A stretch of 64,000 nt of DNA from Veleropilina oligotropha. Lineage: Eukaryota. The position numbers and the translations under genes are program-made. The DNA is taken from the NCBI GenBank assembly GCA_048128005.1, contig JBEUKZ010000100.1, forward strand, positions 496,001-560,000, given 5' to 3'. Positions 38,978 through 52,152 of the stretch are shown in pieces. Every line of letters begins with the position of its first letter. Position 1 is the stretch's first letter. The notes beneath the pieces are model-generated. The model was not told where the DNA came from, ran no database searches, and was given only the letters and a program-made list of their open reading frames with translations.

Positions 38978-40339
38978 AGTGCTGACGTTGTAACACGAAT
39001 GTTGCACCCAGTTTTGTGGTGCATTTTATAGGGCCGGTGAACATGAGGTTTTTAAGTAAACCTAATATTAGTATAAAACATACTTACGTCCTTACTCTTG
39101 CCATAATAGTAATATTATCGCCAACCGGAAACAGTGAATATGTCACATCATGCACTATTTAAGTCAAAACGTACCACGATTACCTCCCCTGCTTCCCCTC
39201 TCCTACGTTCCCCCAGCGAGATCTCGCCAAGTCTCGCGCGACTTCCGAACCGTCGAAGTCACAAGACCTCAATTCAAAGTTCAAAAACCCCAAAGGAACG
39301 TAGTAGAGGGGAGGAATGCGAAACGCAGGGTGGGTAACCGTGGTAAGGACGTAAGTATGTTTTATACTAATATTAGGTTTACTTAAAAACCTCATATGTA
39401 GTTACAAACATACTTACGTCCTTACTCTTGCCAGAATAACCTTGGATAGGTGGGTAAGACGTTCCTTACAACAAACCCAAACAAGATAATGACTTACTTT
39501 TCACCCTTTCAATCAGCATGAAGCGTCGATTGTGTCCGCCTAGAGTGGAATTGTACTGAGTATTATATTCCACTCTTACCAAGCGAGAATTTCGACCAGT
39601 GTTACCGGGAGAATACGCCGTGGTGTTAGCCGGACGAGGTGAACGGAAGTGCAATCAGCCCCAGGCACGGCCGGAAGGGTAAATCCCTGTAGGTCTTACG
39701 TGTCATGGACCAGTAGCAGCCAAATGGATCTCCGGGCCTATAGGCCGGCAGCCAGAGGATGCAGTCGGATTTGTAAGCACACGGAACCTAACAGGTTGTG
39801 AAAGCTTTAAATCAAAAGCAGAGAATTAATAGATTATTATAAATAATCGATATTAATAAGTAATTCGCATGACCAACTTGCGAATGCTAACATGGACGAC
39901 ATGTCACTTAAAATAAATTTTAAGGAAGCAAAAATGTTCGACATGTTACTTAAAAATAAATGTTAAGGAATCAAATATTTTCAATGTATTGAACATCGTA
40001 TGTTCGATTACAGCAAAGAACATAATAATATTGAACCTCGAATCTTTTTAAGATTTTGTGCAAAATTATCAAGTTGTTTTATTAAATTCAATGTATTAAA
40101 TCTGGCTTGTCAATACTCAGGTATGACATGGAAAGTACAAAATCTTAAAATGCTTTTAAGAAATGAACAGACATTGAACTGCCTCATAGGTGTCCATTTC
40201 ATAGCACCGTTAGGCCAACAAAGAATAAAATGGCGTCAGTAAATTATGTAAATTGATCAATCAATGGAACAATACTTACTGGTTAGAAGACCTCGGTCTA
40301 ACAATACATCGTTGAGCAGTTAGACTGCACAATCCATCA

Positions 40340-41250
40340 GCCGCATGGAATACTCCCCAGAAAAGGCTTAATAAAGACATTTTGCAGCAGCGCTGAGATG
40401 TGAATCTGCGAAAACACGGACCTCGTGTGCGCGGATCGATACAAAAAGTGCGTGCGGCCTACTTTTCACAGCGAGAGAAGTCTCTCACTACATGTGAAAA
40501 CCTCCGCGAAACAGTAGTCTACGTAATGTCGCGGATAAGAAGGTAAATACGAATAAAATATATGTAGTTTTCCTTGCCGCGTAACACTGATCCTGTCGAG
40601 GTTGTAACGTAGGCACGCATATATGACAGATTCATCGGTCCACATCGGGTCTCTGACCAGCGCTAGGGGGTAACGATATCGGTTGCGTCTTCGATCGGCC
40701 GTTGATTCTTGGCGAGGAAACCCAAGATATGACGCCGCATCACCGACCCGTCGACTGGAAACGAACGTCTCGTAGCTCTCGGATAGACTATGAAATACGG
40801 AACAACGCCTGCCCGACGCTAAGGCGATCAGAAAAAACTGTTTTGTGCGTTAAGTTCCTCATAGAGGACGGGCCCATAGGCTAGTCGGATAGAAAGAGAG
40901 CGTTAAGAAATGAGAGCGATGTTTCAAGCTGGCCGTATCGTACGGGTCGAAATTTTGAGTTCGAAGGATCGCAGAAATCCAAATAGTTCGGTCGCTAGGT
41001 AGGTTACCACGGGCACGGCACTCGCGACCGTTGCCCGATAGCTTTGACGGCGGACACTGACATACCGCGTTCAAAGAGCGACGATAAAAACTCAATAAAC
41101 TTGTTCACAGGGGGGCGGAATATATTTACCGGCCGGCTGTAACACCAATCCACGTACTTAACCCATCGGTAGTCATAAACTTTAGTCGTGGAAAGCCGTC
41201 TCGATCGGGATGCGTAGGGCTGTTGCGCGAGAAATTCCTTTCTTAGCACG
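40340..41250 (-). pseudogene. DIRS tyrosine recombinase, fragmented
   Basis: SRRLSTTKVYDYRWVKYVDWC N-terminal motif; IRAHEVRVF (HxxR) near 40410-40437. Confidence 0.8.
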
Positions 41251-41299
41251 GGATCGTTCGATAACCGCCAGGCGTGTAAACGTAAGTCGTTCGCGATGT

Positions 41300-43050
41300 T
41301 GTAATACACGGCTGCGCGCCTGCATTAACCGGCCCGGTCTGTACGGGAGCGATAACGGTCGGTCGACGATCAGATCGAGGAGGGTCGGAAACCAAGGTTG
41401 CGTGCGATATAGGGGCGCGAATAGCGTTATCTGCAACGTTCGTTCGATGCCTTCTGTAATACCAGTGTTAGAATGCACGACGGGGGGAAGGCATACGCGG
41501 ACAGATTCTCCCATGTCATTGACAGTGCGTCGACCGCCAGGGCGGCCGGGTCCGGGTACGGGGAGACATACAGAGGTAGTCGGTAATTGAACTCTGTTGC
41601 AAACAGATCGACTTGGGGTTGCGACCACCGGTGGCAAACGTCCCGAGCTACTCGGCTGTGTAGCGTCCACTCTGTGTGTATTATCTGTGATTTCCGAGAG
41701 AGCGAATCCGCTCTGACATTCAGCTTTCCCGGGATGTGTCGGGCTCGAACCGTCGAGATGAGGGACATCACTAAGCGGTGTAGGTCTATTGCTCGGTCGC
41801 AAAGGGGACGCGAGCGAGTGCCGCCCTGGTGCTGGATGTAAGCGACGACAGTCGTGTAGTCCGTGGCGAGCATTCTGTGCTTGTAGCGGAGATGTGACGA
41901 GAGGGACCGTACTGACAGGTAGACGGCTGCTAACTCTAGGAAGTTGATATGTCGTCCCTGAAGGTCCGTCGGCCATAGGCCTGATGTCTCGTAACTGTCG
42001 GGGTGACCACCCCAGCCGTCGTTCGAAGCGTCTGTGAACAGGTAAGCGTTCGGCTCTGGCGGGGATATAGGAACCGACTGGTCCGGCAAAGCAGGGTTCA
42101 ACCACACTGCTGTTGTGCTGGTAAACCAATGCCGAAGATCGATGCGATCCGTCCACTGCCCCGTCCGTTGTATCCAGCGATCCCTGAACGCCTGGTGTAA
42201 CGGTCGATTGTCCATGTGACCCGTCGGTAGCAGGGTCGCTGCCGACTCGAAGTGCCCCAGGACAGTGGCCAGTTGTCGCGCTGTAGTTATGTCCGATGAC
42301 AGGGTGTCTTGGATAACCGCGCGTAGGTTCCGCATACGTTTCTGGACCGGTTTCGCGGTGTACCGGACCGTATCGAAGTCGACACCGAGAAACGTAAACG
42401 TCGTCGAGGGCACGAAGCCGGGTTTGTCTCATTGATCTGAAATCCCAGGCGCTTCGTTGATGACAGGGTAAAGCTCGTAGACCGGAGGCACAGATCTCGG
42501 GACGCCCCGAGGATCAGCCAGTCGTCGAGGTATATATGTACCCTGAGCCCTAGAGAGTGTAGGAAGGCCCTAAGGGCCTGTACTGTTCTCGTGAAGACGT
42601 ACGGGGCTAACGATAGACCGAACGGTAGGCACCTGAATGGTAGATCGTCTCCCCGTGTATAAACCGAAGGTACTGATGAGCCGTGATATGCATCGGGACA
42701 TGCAGATAGCGTCGGTCAGATCGATAGACGCTGCCCAGTCGCCCGGATGGATGGCCGCTCGTATCTTCGAGAGGGATTCTTGCTGGAATTTCTCGGTACG
42801 AAGATATAGTTTACGAGAGACCGAAGATCGGTCGCTAGCGGCCATCGGGATTCGGGACCAGGAAGAAATGGCTGTATTATCCTGGTGTGCTGGGCGGCGC
42901 GGGATAAATTGCTCCTTGCGGAGTAGGTCCCGCACTGCCTGGTCTAAGACCGCTCGCTTCTCTCCGATTAGGAGGCGAGCGTGTCTTGTTGGTGGTGCCT
43001 CGTTTAGGGTCGGATGCCGGTTGAACCAACTTGTATCCGGCACTCACGAC
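41300..43050 (-). pseudogene. DIRS RT / RNase H / DAM-methyltransferase-like pol, frameshifted
   Basis: SIDLTDA, LRVHIYLDDWLI (~42512-42547), LFTDASNDGWG, HINFLELAAV, HIPGKLNVRADSLSR, VDLFAT and AYAFPP. Confidence 0.92.
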
Positions 43051-44294
43051 GGAGGGACCCAGCTACTGTCTGGTAGTCTAGCCACGGCTGGCTGTACGCT
43101 AACAGATACGCTTCCACCGGCGGAAGCGGGTAGCTGGGACTGTCGTGTGTGCCGGCAGCCCTAGGGCCGAGGCGTCCCTCTCCCGCTCTGCGTACGGGAG
43201 CTTGTTGGAGGTGCTTGCCTCTTCGGAGTGGGTTAATGGCCGGGGCCTACCACCAGAAGAGGGCCATGCACGCTTGGAAGGCTTCGGGGTCCAGGTGGGC
43301 CCTGAACGCTTCCTCGAGTCGGCGGGTGGACCCCCGGGGGGTGCAGCACCGCCTACTCGATGGTACGGTCCGTCAGGTCCGCCGCTCTCTGTCGACGAAT
43401 TCCGAGAAATCGTCGGCAAATATAGTGGTGGCCGAGCAAGGCACGCATCGCAACGAGCGCCGGGTGGCCTCATCTAGCGAGGTGCCTTCAAGGTAAGCGA
43501 CCCTACGAAGTAGGAGTGCGTTACCCAGGACACGTCCCGTCTCCAACGCGTTGGTCTCCATAACGGCAGCAACCTCCTGGAGGAAGGACAGGGCAGCCCA
43601 CGGGCGCCGGGTCCATCCTCCTGTAATACGGCTATCGTCCCGTCTAGGAAAAATCCTGAACGGACGACGGCCGCAGAGCCCATCGGGCGGAGCTCTCGAA
43701 AGCTTCCAAGGCGAACCCAGGAACTCTCGCTACAGAGGGAGTGTGACTGGCGGTCAGTCAACGCAACGCTGCGTCAACACGAACCGGCTCAGTCGCCAGG
43801 CACGGACCAGTACATGCGAACGGGATCGAACGCGAACTGGCCCGGAGGTACCTCCCACTACGGAACCCCGAAGGGTACTCGGTCAGTGGGGAGGACTCCA
43901 CCGGATTGCGCCCCCGACTGAGCTTGGTTGTCGAGTCAACACCCGATCAATCAGCCCAGACTGAGGTAAGGAAGAAAGCAAGGGGGCTTCCTTCTCAACA
44001 AACCGATGCGCCGCCGTCCTGTGCTTGACCGGGCCTACATACGACCGAGTCGGTTCCGGCAGGTCAAGCACCCCGCGAAGTGACGCAACAGCGTCGAGAT
44101 CGGCGGGTGGTGGAGGTCGGCTCCTGCGTGCCTGGAAGACTACCAGCGTCTTCGGGCCCGACCGATACAGGGAGGTCGGAGTGAGTGGAGTCGAGGTCCT
44201 CGTCGGAACGAGGTTCGATCCCCACCACGGAGGCAGGAGCCGTGCTCTGCGCCACAGGCAGAGGTGTAGGTACCTGGAGCGGCTAGGAAGCCGG

Positions 44295-45431
44295 TTACCA
44301 GGCCCGACATCGGGACTCGAACTCCGCCGCGAACATAGCCTGGACGTTCTCTAAAGAGAAACCCGGAGGCATGACGGGCGTCGAACTAACAGCCGGTAGT
44401 TCGGTCGAAGTCACCGTGGCGCTAGGTAGACGGGCTGCATGGACAGGTGTAGCCGAGAACCAGGGTCTCGGGACACGTGTCGAGTGGTCGAACCCGAAAG
44501 AACGGCCCGGAGGCGCGTTCGGTGGGCCGGACGACCGGTAGGACTGCGGCAACAGTCCGTATCGGTCTACCACTCTGTTCGAGCGAGGCACGGACGGAAA
44601 ACCGCCGTAGAACCCCGTCCCGAACGCAGCCGGTCTGTCCACGTTCTCTAGCGTGACCACGGTGGGTGCACGGGAGAGACCGGGCCCTCTGAATGTCTCG
44701 TGAGCTTCGAGGTTGAGCGGAAAACCCTTAGGGGTAGTCGCATCGTTCTCGACCGAGGATTCAGGTTTCGCCGATTGTCCGAGTCTTAGACCTACAAGTA
44801 GGTGCCCGGCCTCTTTAAAGGCTTTCTCTGCATTGGGTCTGTCACCGTAGGAAGACGGTGAGTTTCCCGCAGAAGGACTAACTGTCCCCTTATTCTTCGA
44901 GGCCGAAGAAAAGGATGGGGATGGTCTGCCCTGTACAGCTGTTCGCTGCGCTGTCATATATACCTTGCTAGCCGGCAAGGTATGGCTGACTGCAGTTACT
45001 AGGCCCGGTTGAGGCGGAACGGTCGGCACTCGGGCCTTTACCTGAATCTGGGGTCCCGGCAAGGGTTCGGTGACTCCCCCAAGAGTCGCGGAGGTATCGC
45101 CGGTAGACCCGGCGACAGACGGTGCTTTACGTCGGCTGTCGTCCAGCGTCCCTGAAGTAGACAAAGAAGAATTATCCCTTAACTTACTGTCTGCAAACAA
45201 CCCCTTTTCCTGCCCCTTTTCCCGAGGAGGGCCCACCGTGGCAGTCGCCCTGGTCGACTTACCCGGTTGGGATAGAACCGCCCACTGCTTGTCTGTAAAA
45301 ACAAGGCACAAATCACACTGAAGTTTAATTTTACTACAACTACGGTGAATACGGCATTCCGTGTGCGTATCAAAACCCGTGAATTTTCTGGTTACACCCG
45401 GAGCTACTGCACCGGACCATAGGGTATACAC
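44295..45431 (-). CDS. DIRS gag-like ORF1, N-terminal part (relics continue to ~43100)
   Basis: 378-aa open frame with a Cys/His cluster DTHTECRIHRSC..CDLC....QW, then Ser/Pro-rich sequence; first ORF inside the ITR. Confidence 0.7.
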   Translation of the reverse strand: MYTLWSGAVAPGVTRKFTGFDTHTECRIHRSCSKIKLQCDLCLVFTDKQWAVLSQPGKSTRATATVGPPREKGQEKGLFADSKLRDNSSLSTSGTLDDSRRKAPSVAGSTGDTSATLGGVTEPLPGPQIQVKARVPTVPPQPGLVTAVSHTLPASKVYMTAQRTAVQGRPSPSFSSASKNKGTVSPSAGNSPSSYGDRPNAEKAFKEAGHLLVGLRLGQSAKPESSVENDATTPKGFPLNLEAHETFRGPGLSRAPTVVTLENVDRPAAFGTGFYGGFPSVPRSNRVVDRYGLLPQSYRSSGPPNAPPGRSFGFDHSTRVPRPWFSATPVHAARLPSATVTSTELPAVSSTPVMPPGFSLENVQAMFAAEFESRCRAW

Positions 45432-47611
45432 GGGAGGATAGTAGTGGGTATACGGGGTAGTGAAATAGGTATATATATGGTAGTTGTGACTATACTACGA
45501 CAACTCTTAGAATTGCCCTGATCTGAAGATCAAAGATCAAGCGATATACCGCAAAACGCAAAAAACGCAAAAAACCCCGAACTGGGAACACCAAGGTCGG
45601 GTATTTACCCGACACGACCCGGTGAAACACCCGGCAAATTGACTAGAACAAACGGGGGTTTTCTCTTAGAAAAAACCGCCCAGAAAAACACCTGAAAAGC
45701 CTCGTGGATGTTTTTATGTTAGTACAATGGCGTATTATCCCAGAAACGGCAGGATATCAGAATAACTTAAAGGAATTTCAGAACAGTCCTGCCTAGTAAC
45801 GACGCTAGAAATTTTATACAATAATAACCAGCAATAGCGTCGTTAAGGAATTATCCAATATAATGAGTTACCTGTTTGCAGTCTCAAACAATATCAGATA
45901 AAATACCGACCAGAATTTCTTCTATCACACGAAACTTCCCCTCTGAGCGGCCATGCTTTTTCCCAGCAACAGCGACGATGTCGGTTTCACTGATGTCTCA
46001 GAACTTCTCGAAGTTTAGATATCACAATCTTCTTATATTCACTTGTGTTTATATATCCACAACACAGGGTTATATTCCAGAACTTATAACTAATAAGTTA
46101 TAATATTAAGCCCTCGATTTAACGTATAAATCGCCAGACAAAATCGAAATATTTGCGGAGCAAAAAACACGTCTTTCCGTCTCAGCGGAAAACTTTGAAT
46201 TGAGGTCTTGTGACTTCGACGGTTCGGAAGTCGCGCGAGACTTGGCGAGATCTCGCTGGGGGAACGTAGGAGAGGGGAAGCAGGGGAGGTAATCGTGGTA
46301 CGTTTTGACTTAAATAGTGCATGATGTGACATATTCACTGTTTCCGGTTGGCGATAATATTACTATTATGGCAAGAGTAAGGACGTAAGTATGTTTGTAA
46401 CTACATATCACGAGCAGCATAACTTGCACGAAGAACATGGAGAACACTGTACCATCCTCGATTTGCTGGTTGAGTTTTGGAGACCCGTTTTCTCACGTCT
46501 TTTCATCGGTGAGAATGAGATTTTGTTTCTCTGGGATGGTTGGAGATGTGATGAACAAGATATTATCAATAATTGCATTGAGTATTACATGGATAGTATA
46601 TTTGAAGAAAACAATACAAAGTGACGTTTCTTTTGCTGTTGAGTATATAAAAGGTCAAATACATACATTTTGAGTATGATCCATTTGGTTTTTAATATCA
46701 GCTTATTTTTATAGAACGCAATCTGATTGAATTGTGCTTAACTGTAAATTCAATCAACATAAAACGGTGAAGATCAGATCGATGAAAACCTATTACATAA
46801 TTGATTTTCAAGTTAAATATAAACCGGATAGATGTTGTATCTTGTAGTCATGCAGTTAGAAGAAGCTGTTATTTAAACATATATTCTTGTCAGTAGGTCT
46901 ACTTGATAGTGTTGCACCAATCCTTGAGATACGTCTCAAACAGCGAACAGAGTCTTGTATAACTACAGATATGTTAAATACTATCAGACGTGATTTGTAT
47001 TAATATGTGTGTATAGATTATATTGTTGTGTTATTGTAATTATGTATCTATTGGCCACAGAGGAAATGTTAATCTTTATAATATGCTTTCTGTGTTATCT
47101 TTGCTTGGTTGTGTGTCCTTGCTTAATAAAATCAATCAATCATATTTCGCTTAATTTAATCTATAATTCAATACGTCAATTTAGAACATTAAATAGTGGA
47201 TGTTAGCTTTTATTACCGGATTTGATACTCAAATTCAAGATGGCGGAATAGACTGGTCGCACAAATCTAGCTCTTCGCTCCGAGATGTCAACACTCGTGA
47301 TATTTCCCATTTAGGGATCCTGAATTCCCATGCCACCAAAGGGAAAAGCTCTACAGGCTGAAAATGTTAATACGATCCCTCAGCCACCGAAAAAAGACAA
47401 AATCAGGTAAACAATCTGAAAATGTTTCGTTAGATCGCAGTGAAACAGCAATAGTGAATCTGGCAATCAAATCTACTAAATTACTTACATGTTACTTCGG
47501 CCAATCCAGTCATGTCAAACCAAACCCCGATTTCTCCAAACTCAGGAGTATATCAACAAAATCGTCAAATGTATGCTCCACCGGGCCATTACAATTATAC
47601 TCCGTTTCAAG

Positions 47612-49736
47612 ATCCTCAACACTACCCGACCCCCCACCACCTTGGGTTAATCCTCAACACTACGCGACCCGCCACCACCTTGGGTTAATCCTCAACACTA
47701 CCCGACCCCCACCACCTTGGGTTAATCCTCAACACTACCCGACCCCCACCACCTTGGGTTAATCCTCAACACTACGCGACCCCCCACCACCTTGGGTTAA
47801 TCTTCAACACTACCCGACCCCGCCACCACCGTGGGTTAATCCTCAACACTACGCGACCCGCCACCACCTTGGGTTAATCCTCAACACTACCCGACCCCCC
47901 TAACACCTTGGGTTAATCCTCAACACTACCCGACCCGCCACCACCGTGGGTTAATCCTCAACACTACCCGACCCCGCCACCACCTTGGGTTAATCCTCAA
48001 CACTAACCGACCCCCCACCACCGTGGGTTAATCCTCAACACTACCCGACCCCGCCACCACCTTGGGTTAATCCTCAACACTACCAGACCCCCCACCACCG
48101 TGGGTTAATCCTAAACACTACCCGACCCCGCTACCACCTTGGGTTAATCTTCAACACTACGCGACCCCCACCACCGTGGGTTAATCCTCAACACTACGCG
48201 ACCCGCCACCACCGTGGGTTCATCCTCAACACTACCCGACCCACCACCACCTTGGGTTAATCCTCAACACTACCCGACCCCCACCACCTTGGGTTAATCC
48301 TCAACACTACCCGACCCCGCCACCACCTTGGGTTAATCCTCAACACTACCCGACTCTCCACCACCGTGGGTTAATCCTCAACACTACCCGACCCCGCCAC
48401 CACCTTGGGTTAATCCTCAACACTACGCGACCCCCCACCGCCTTGGGTTAATCCTCAACACTACGCGACCCCGCCACCACCTTGGGTTAATCCTCAACAC
48501 TACGCGACCCGCCACCACCTTGGGTTAACCCTCAACACTACGCGACCCCGCCACCACCTTGGGTTAACCCTCAACACTACCCGACCCCGCCACCACCTTG
48601 GGTTAACCCTCAACACTACGCGACCCCGCCACCACCTTGGGTTAACCCTCAACACTACCCGACCCCGCCACCACCTTGGGTTAACCCTCAACACTACGCG
48701 ACCCCGCCACCACCTTGGGTTAACCCTCAACACTACCCGACCCCACCACCACCTTGGGTTAACCCTCAACACTACGCGACCCCGCCACCACCTTGGGTTA
48801 ACCCTCAACACTACCCGACCCCGCCACCACCTTGGGTTAACCCTCAACACTACGCGACCCCGCCACCACCTTGGGTTAACCCTCAACACTACCCGACCCC
48901 GCCACCACCTTGGGTTAACCCTCAACACTACGCGACCCCGCCACCACCTTGGGTTAACCCTCAACACTACCCGACCCCGCCACCACCTTGGGTTAACCCT
49001 CAACACTACCCGACCCCGCCACCACCTTGGGTTAACCCTCAACACTACCCGACCCTGCCACCACCTTGGGTTAATCCTCAACACTACGCGACCCCGCCAC
49101 CACCTTGGGTTAATCCTCAACACTACGCGACCCGCCACCACCTTGGGTTAACCCTCAACACTACGCGACCCCGCCACCACCTTGGGTTAACCCTCAACAC
49201 TACCCGACCCCGCCACCACCTTGGGTTAACCCTCAACACTACGCGACCCCGCCACCACCTTGGGTTAACCATCAACACTACCCGACCCCGCCACCACCTT
49301 GGGTTAACCCTCAACACTACGCGACCCCGCCACCACCTTGGGTTAACCCTCAACACTACCCGACCCCACCACCACCTTGGGTTAACCCTCAACACTACGC
49401 GACCCCGCCACCACCTTGGGTTAACCCTCAACACTACCCGACCCCGCCACCACCTTGGGTTAACCCTCAACACTACGCGACCCCGCCACCACCTTGGGTT
49501 AACCCTCAACACTACCCGACCCCGCCACCACCTTGGGTTAACCCTCAACACTACGCGACCCCGCCACCACCTTGGGTTAACCCTCAACACTACCCGACCC
49601 CGCCACCACCTTGGGTTAACCCTCAACACTACCCGACCCCGCCACCACCTTGGGTTAACCCTCAACACTACCCGACCCTGCCACCACCTTGGGTTAACCC
49701 TCAACACTACCCGACCCCCCACCACCTTGGGTTAAT
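47612..49736. repeat. Minisatellite, 39-bp unit (codes PQHYPTPPPPWVN), ~54 copies, inside LINE ORF1
   Basis: Direct repeats; the last unit continues as PPPWVNELMENMKRFNSKLEKLD. Confidence 0.97.
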
Positions 49737-50179
49737 GAACTAATGGAAAATATGAAACGGTTTAATTCGAAACTTGAAAAATTGGACACAATGGATAAAA
49801 ATGTTACTATGATGAATTCCAAACTACAAAATATGGATGGTCGATACAGCAAATAGATCGGAGATTGCAAGCCGTGGAACCTAGTGCACAATTTCAAAAC
49901 GATTTATTAGAAAAAGGAAAGACACACAATAAACGAAAGCAAGTTTATCAAACTTGACCAAACAAATCGAAGATCTACAGAGAGATAATACAAAACTTCA
50001 CAATGATCTTATCGATATGCAAGCCAGAGGTATGAGAGAAGAAAACCAAGAAGACTGTTCCCAAAAAATTCTACAATTATGTGAGAACACCCTCCATATC
50101 CCCGATGCTACATCAAATATTGTAATAGATAGGGCACACCGAATAGGTCCCAGGAGGGATGAGGCGGATGGGCGTATAC

Positions 50180-50540
50180 CATATGCAGCCGTGGTACAGT
50201 GGTAGATGCACTGGCCTCTCACTCGAGAGGTTTGGGGTTCAACCCCGATCCCGGCGAATTTCCTTGGGCAAGGAATTTAGCATATATGTGCCTCGGTTTC
50301 ACCCAGCCGATCTGAGATCTGAGTGGGTACCTGGTTGACAGTGACGAAAATTGTCATTACGTCAGACTAGTCTGATGCGCCTATAAATGGCAGCTCTGCT
50401 GTAATACTCTCAGAGAGAGTTGAGAAGGAATATTGAATGAACAGGCCAATAACCAGGGTAATAATAATGCACTTTGAGCATGCCCCTTCGTGGTGTGGAT
50501 TTATATAGCGCTATATAAATGTCCTCATTATTATTATTAT
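50180..50540 (+). mobile_element. Full-length tRNA-derived CORE/Deu-like SINE inserted in LINE ORF1
   Basis: A box tggtacagtgg, B box ggttcaaccc, ccttgggcaag core, gcgctatataaatg plus (tta)n tail; tatac on both flanks. Confidence 0.85.
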
Positions 50541-51434
50541 TATACGAGGCCACTGGTCGTTAAATTCCACAAATTTGCTGACAAAGAAGAAATTCTGAGT
50601 AAGGCTTCTAAACTTAAGGGCACCCCCATGGGCATAAGCGAGCAGTTTCCCAAAGAAATCCAGAAAAAACGTCGGGTGCCATTGCCAATTATGAAGGAGG
50701 CTAAACGAAAGGACCCTATACGGCAAGAGTTAAACTTGTTTCCGATAAGTTATTCATAAACGGTAGACAATATATACCACGATAGGACAATGTTGAGGGA
50801 CAAACGTCCTTTTTTATTTATAATGTTGAGGGTCTAAAAAAGAAGCTTTGTGATAATAATTTCGCATCTCACATTACTAACTATGATTTTATTTGTGTAA
50901 GCGAAACATGGCAAAATCCCAAAGACAACCCAACATTAGATGGCTACGAAGCTATTACTGTTTCGGGTACTAAAAAAAAAACTAAGGGTGGAGATAGAGG
51001 TGGTTAGCTATATTTTATAAAAACTCATTAAAAGAAGGCATCGAAGTGCTTAAAAAAATCAACATGGATTGTTATGGATAAAATTGAATTTTTTTTTTTT
51101 TAAATGTGAAACATATCATCTAGAGATAGTGATGTCGATATGTTTGATATTATAGAAGAAGATTTAGTTATATACAGACAATTAGGAAGCATTTATATAA
51201 TGGGGGATTTGAATAGTCGAGTTGGTGATTGTGATGATTTTATTGTTAACTATGATCTCCATGCAAATAACTATGTAGATTTAGAAACGGACTATAGCGC
51301 ACTGCCAAGAAGACCAACAAGAGATATGACAGTAAATGGACATGGGCGAAAACTAATTGACCTGTGCAGAAGCACGGGGGTGTTGATTGCAAACGGTCGA
51401 CTGGCAGTGACTCCTCTGGTGATTTTACGTGTTA

Positions 51435-52149
51435 AGGGCTGAGCACACAGAATGCGTATGCGTCACGTCACGTACACGACACGATTTCCTCCTCATGCGG
51501 ATGCGTACGTCAAAAACGAACGCTTGTCTACACTGGATGCGTGATATTAACACACATACATGCCTCTCATGCATGGAAATGGTAGAATTGATATATGCTT
51601 CATCACCAATATATTATACGCGATCGACATAAATGAAGAAACAATATTGCCATCAATATCTAGCCGGATGGCTATGATCAGCCACACATATTTTCAATAT
51701 GTGCATCATTATAGTCTTTGCATCAATGGTCATACAGTGCCTGGTGTTTCTGAAACTCTGTTATTATTTCCACGCATGCCAGTCCGCCACTGGAGCACGC
51801 TGTTTTTTTGTTGTTGCTGCCGTCATCCTCGTTCTGCGGTACACGTGGTGAGTGGTAACCACGGGTTTCTCAATTTGTCTTTCTTGGAACCAGGAGAAAT
51901 TCTCAAAAATGGCATTTTATAAAGAAAAAACATGTAAAATCGGAGGTGCCGGATCCGTCAATTCTCTTCTGAACGCACATGGACTTTGTCGAAATTTACG
52001 CATCCGTCACCTAATATACCGTACTGACCGTATCGGATCGGTTCCGCACCCAGTGTGGCCTGACCCATTCATTTTCTATGATATTGATACATTGACGGAA
52101 CGGATTCGTTCCGTGACGTGACGCATACGCATCCTGTGTGACCAGCCCT
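51435..52149. mobile_element. Harbinger-type MITE
   Basis: TTA|agggctgagcacacagaatgcgtatgcgtcacgtcacg ... cgtgacgtgacgcatacgcatcctgtgtgaccagccct|TTA. Confidence 0.9.
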
Positions 52150-52152
52150 TTA

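Larger units (their letters stand above)
39044..46407 (-). mobile_element. Full-length DIRS1-like tyrosine-recombinase retrotransposon
   Basis: ITRs ~39073-39281 / 46191-46398; internal complementary region ~39342-39433 pairing with both termini; gag, RT, RNase H, MT-like and YR relics. Confidence 0.95.
37755..46645 (-). mobile_element. Tc1-type DNA transposon interrupted by DIRS
   Basis: TA|cactgaccagcaaaataaacgtcact and agtgacgtttcttttgctgttgagta|TA are inverted terminal repeats. Confidence 0.9.

Noticed and set aside
41182..45373. Plus-strand and alternative-frame ORFs within DIRS
   Set aside because: GC-rich shadow frames without motifs; only the tail of 41182-42432 carries the frameshifted MT-like end
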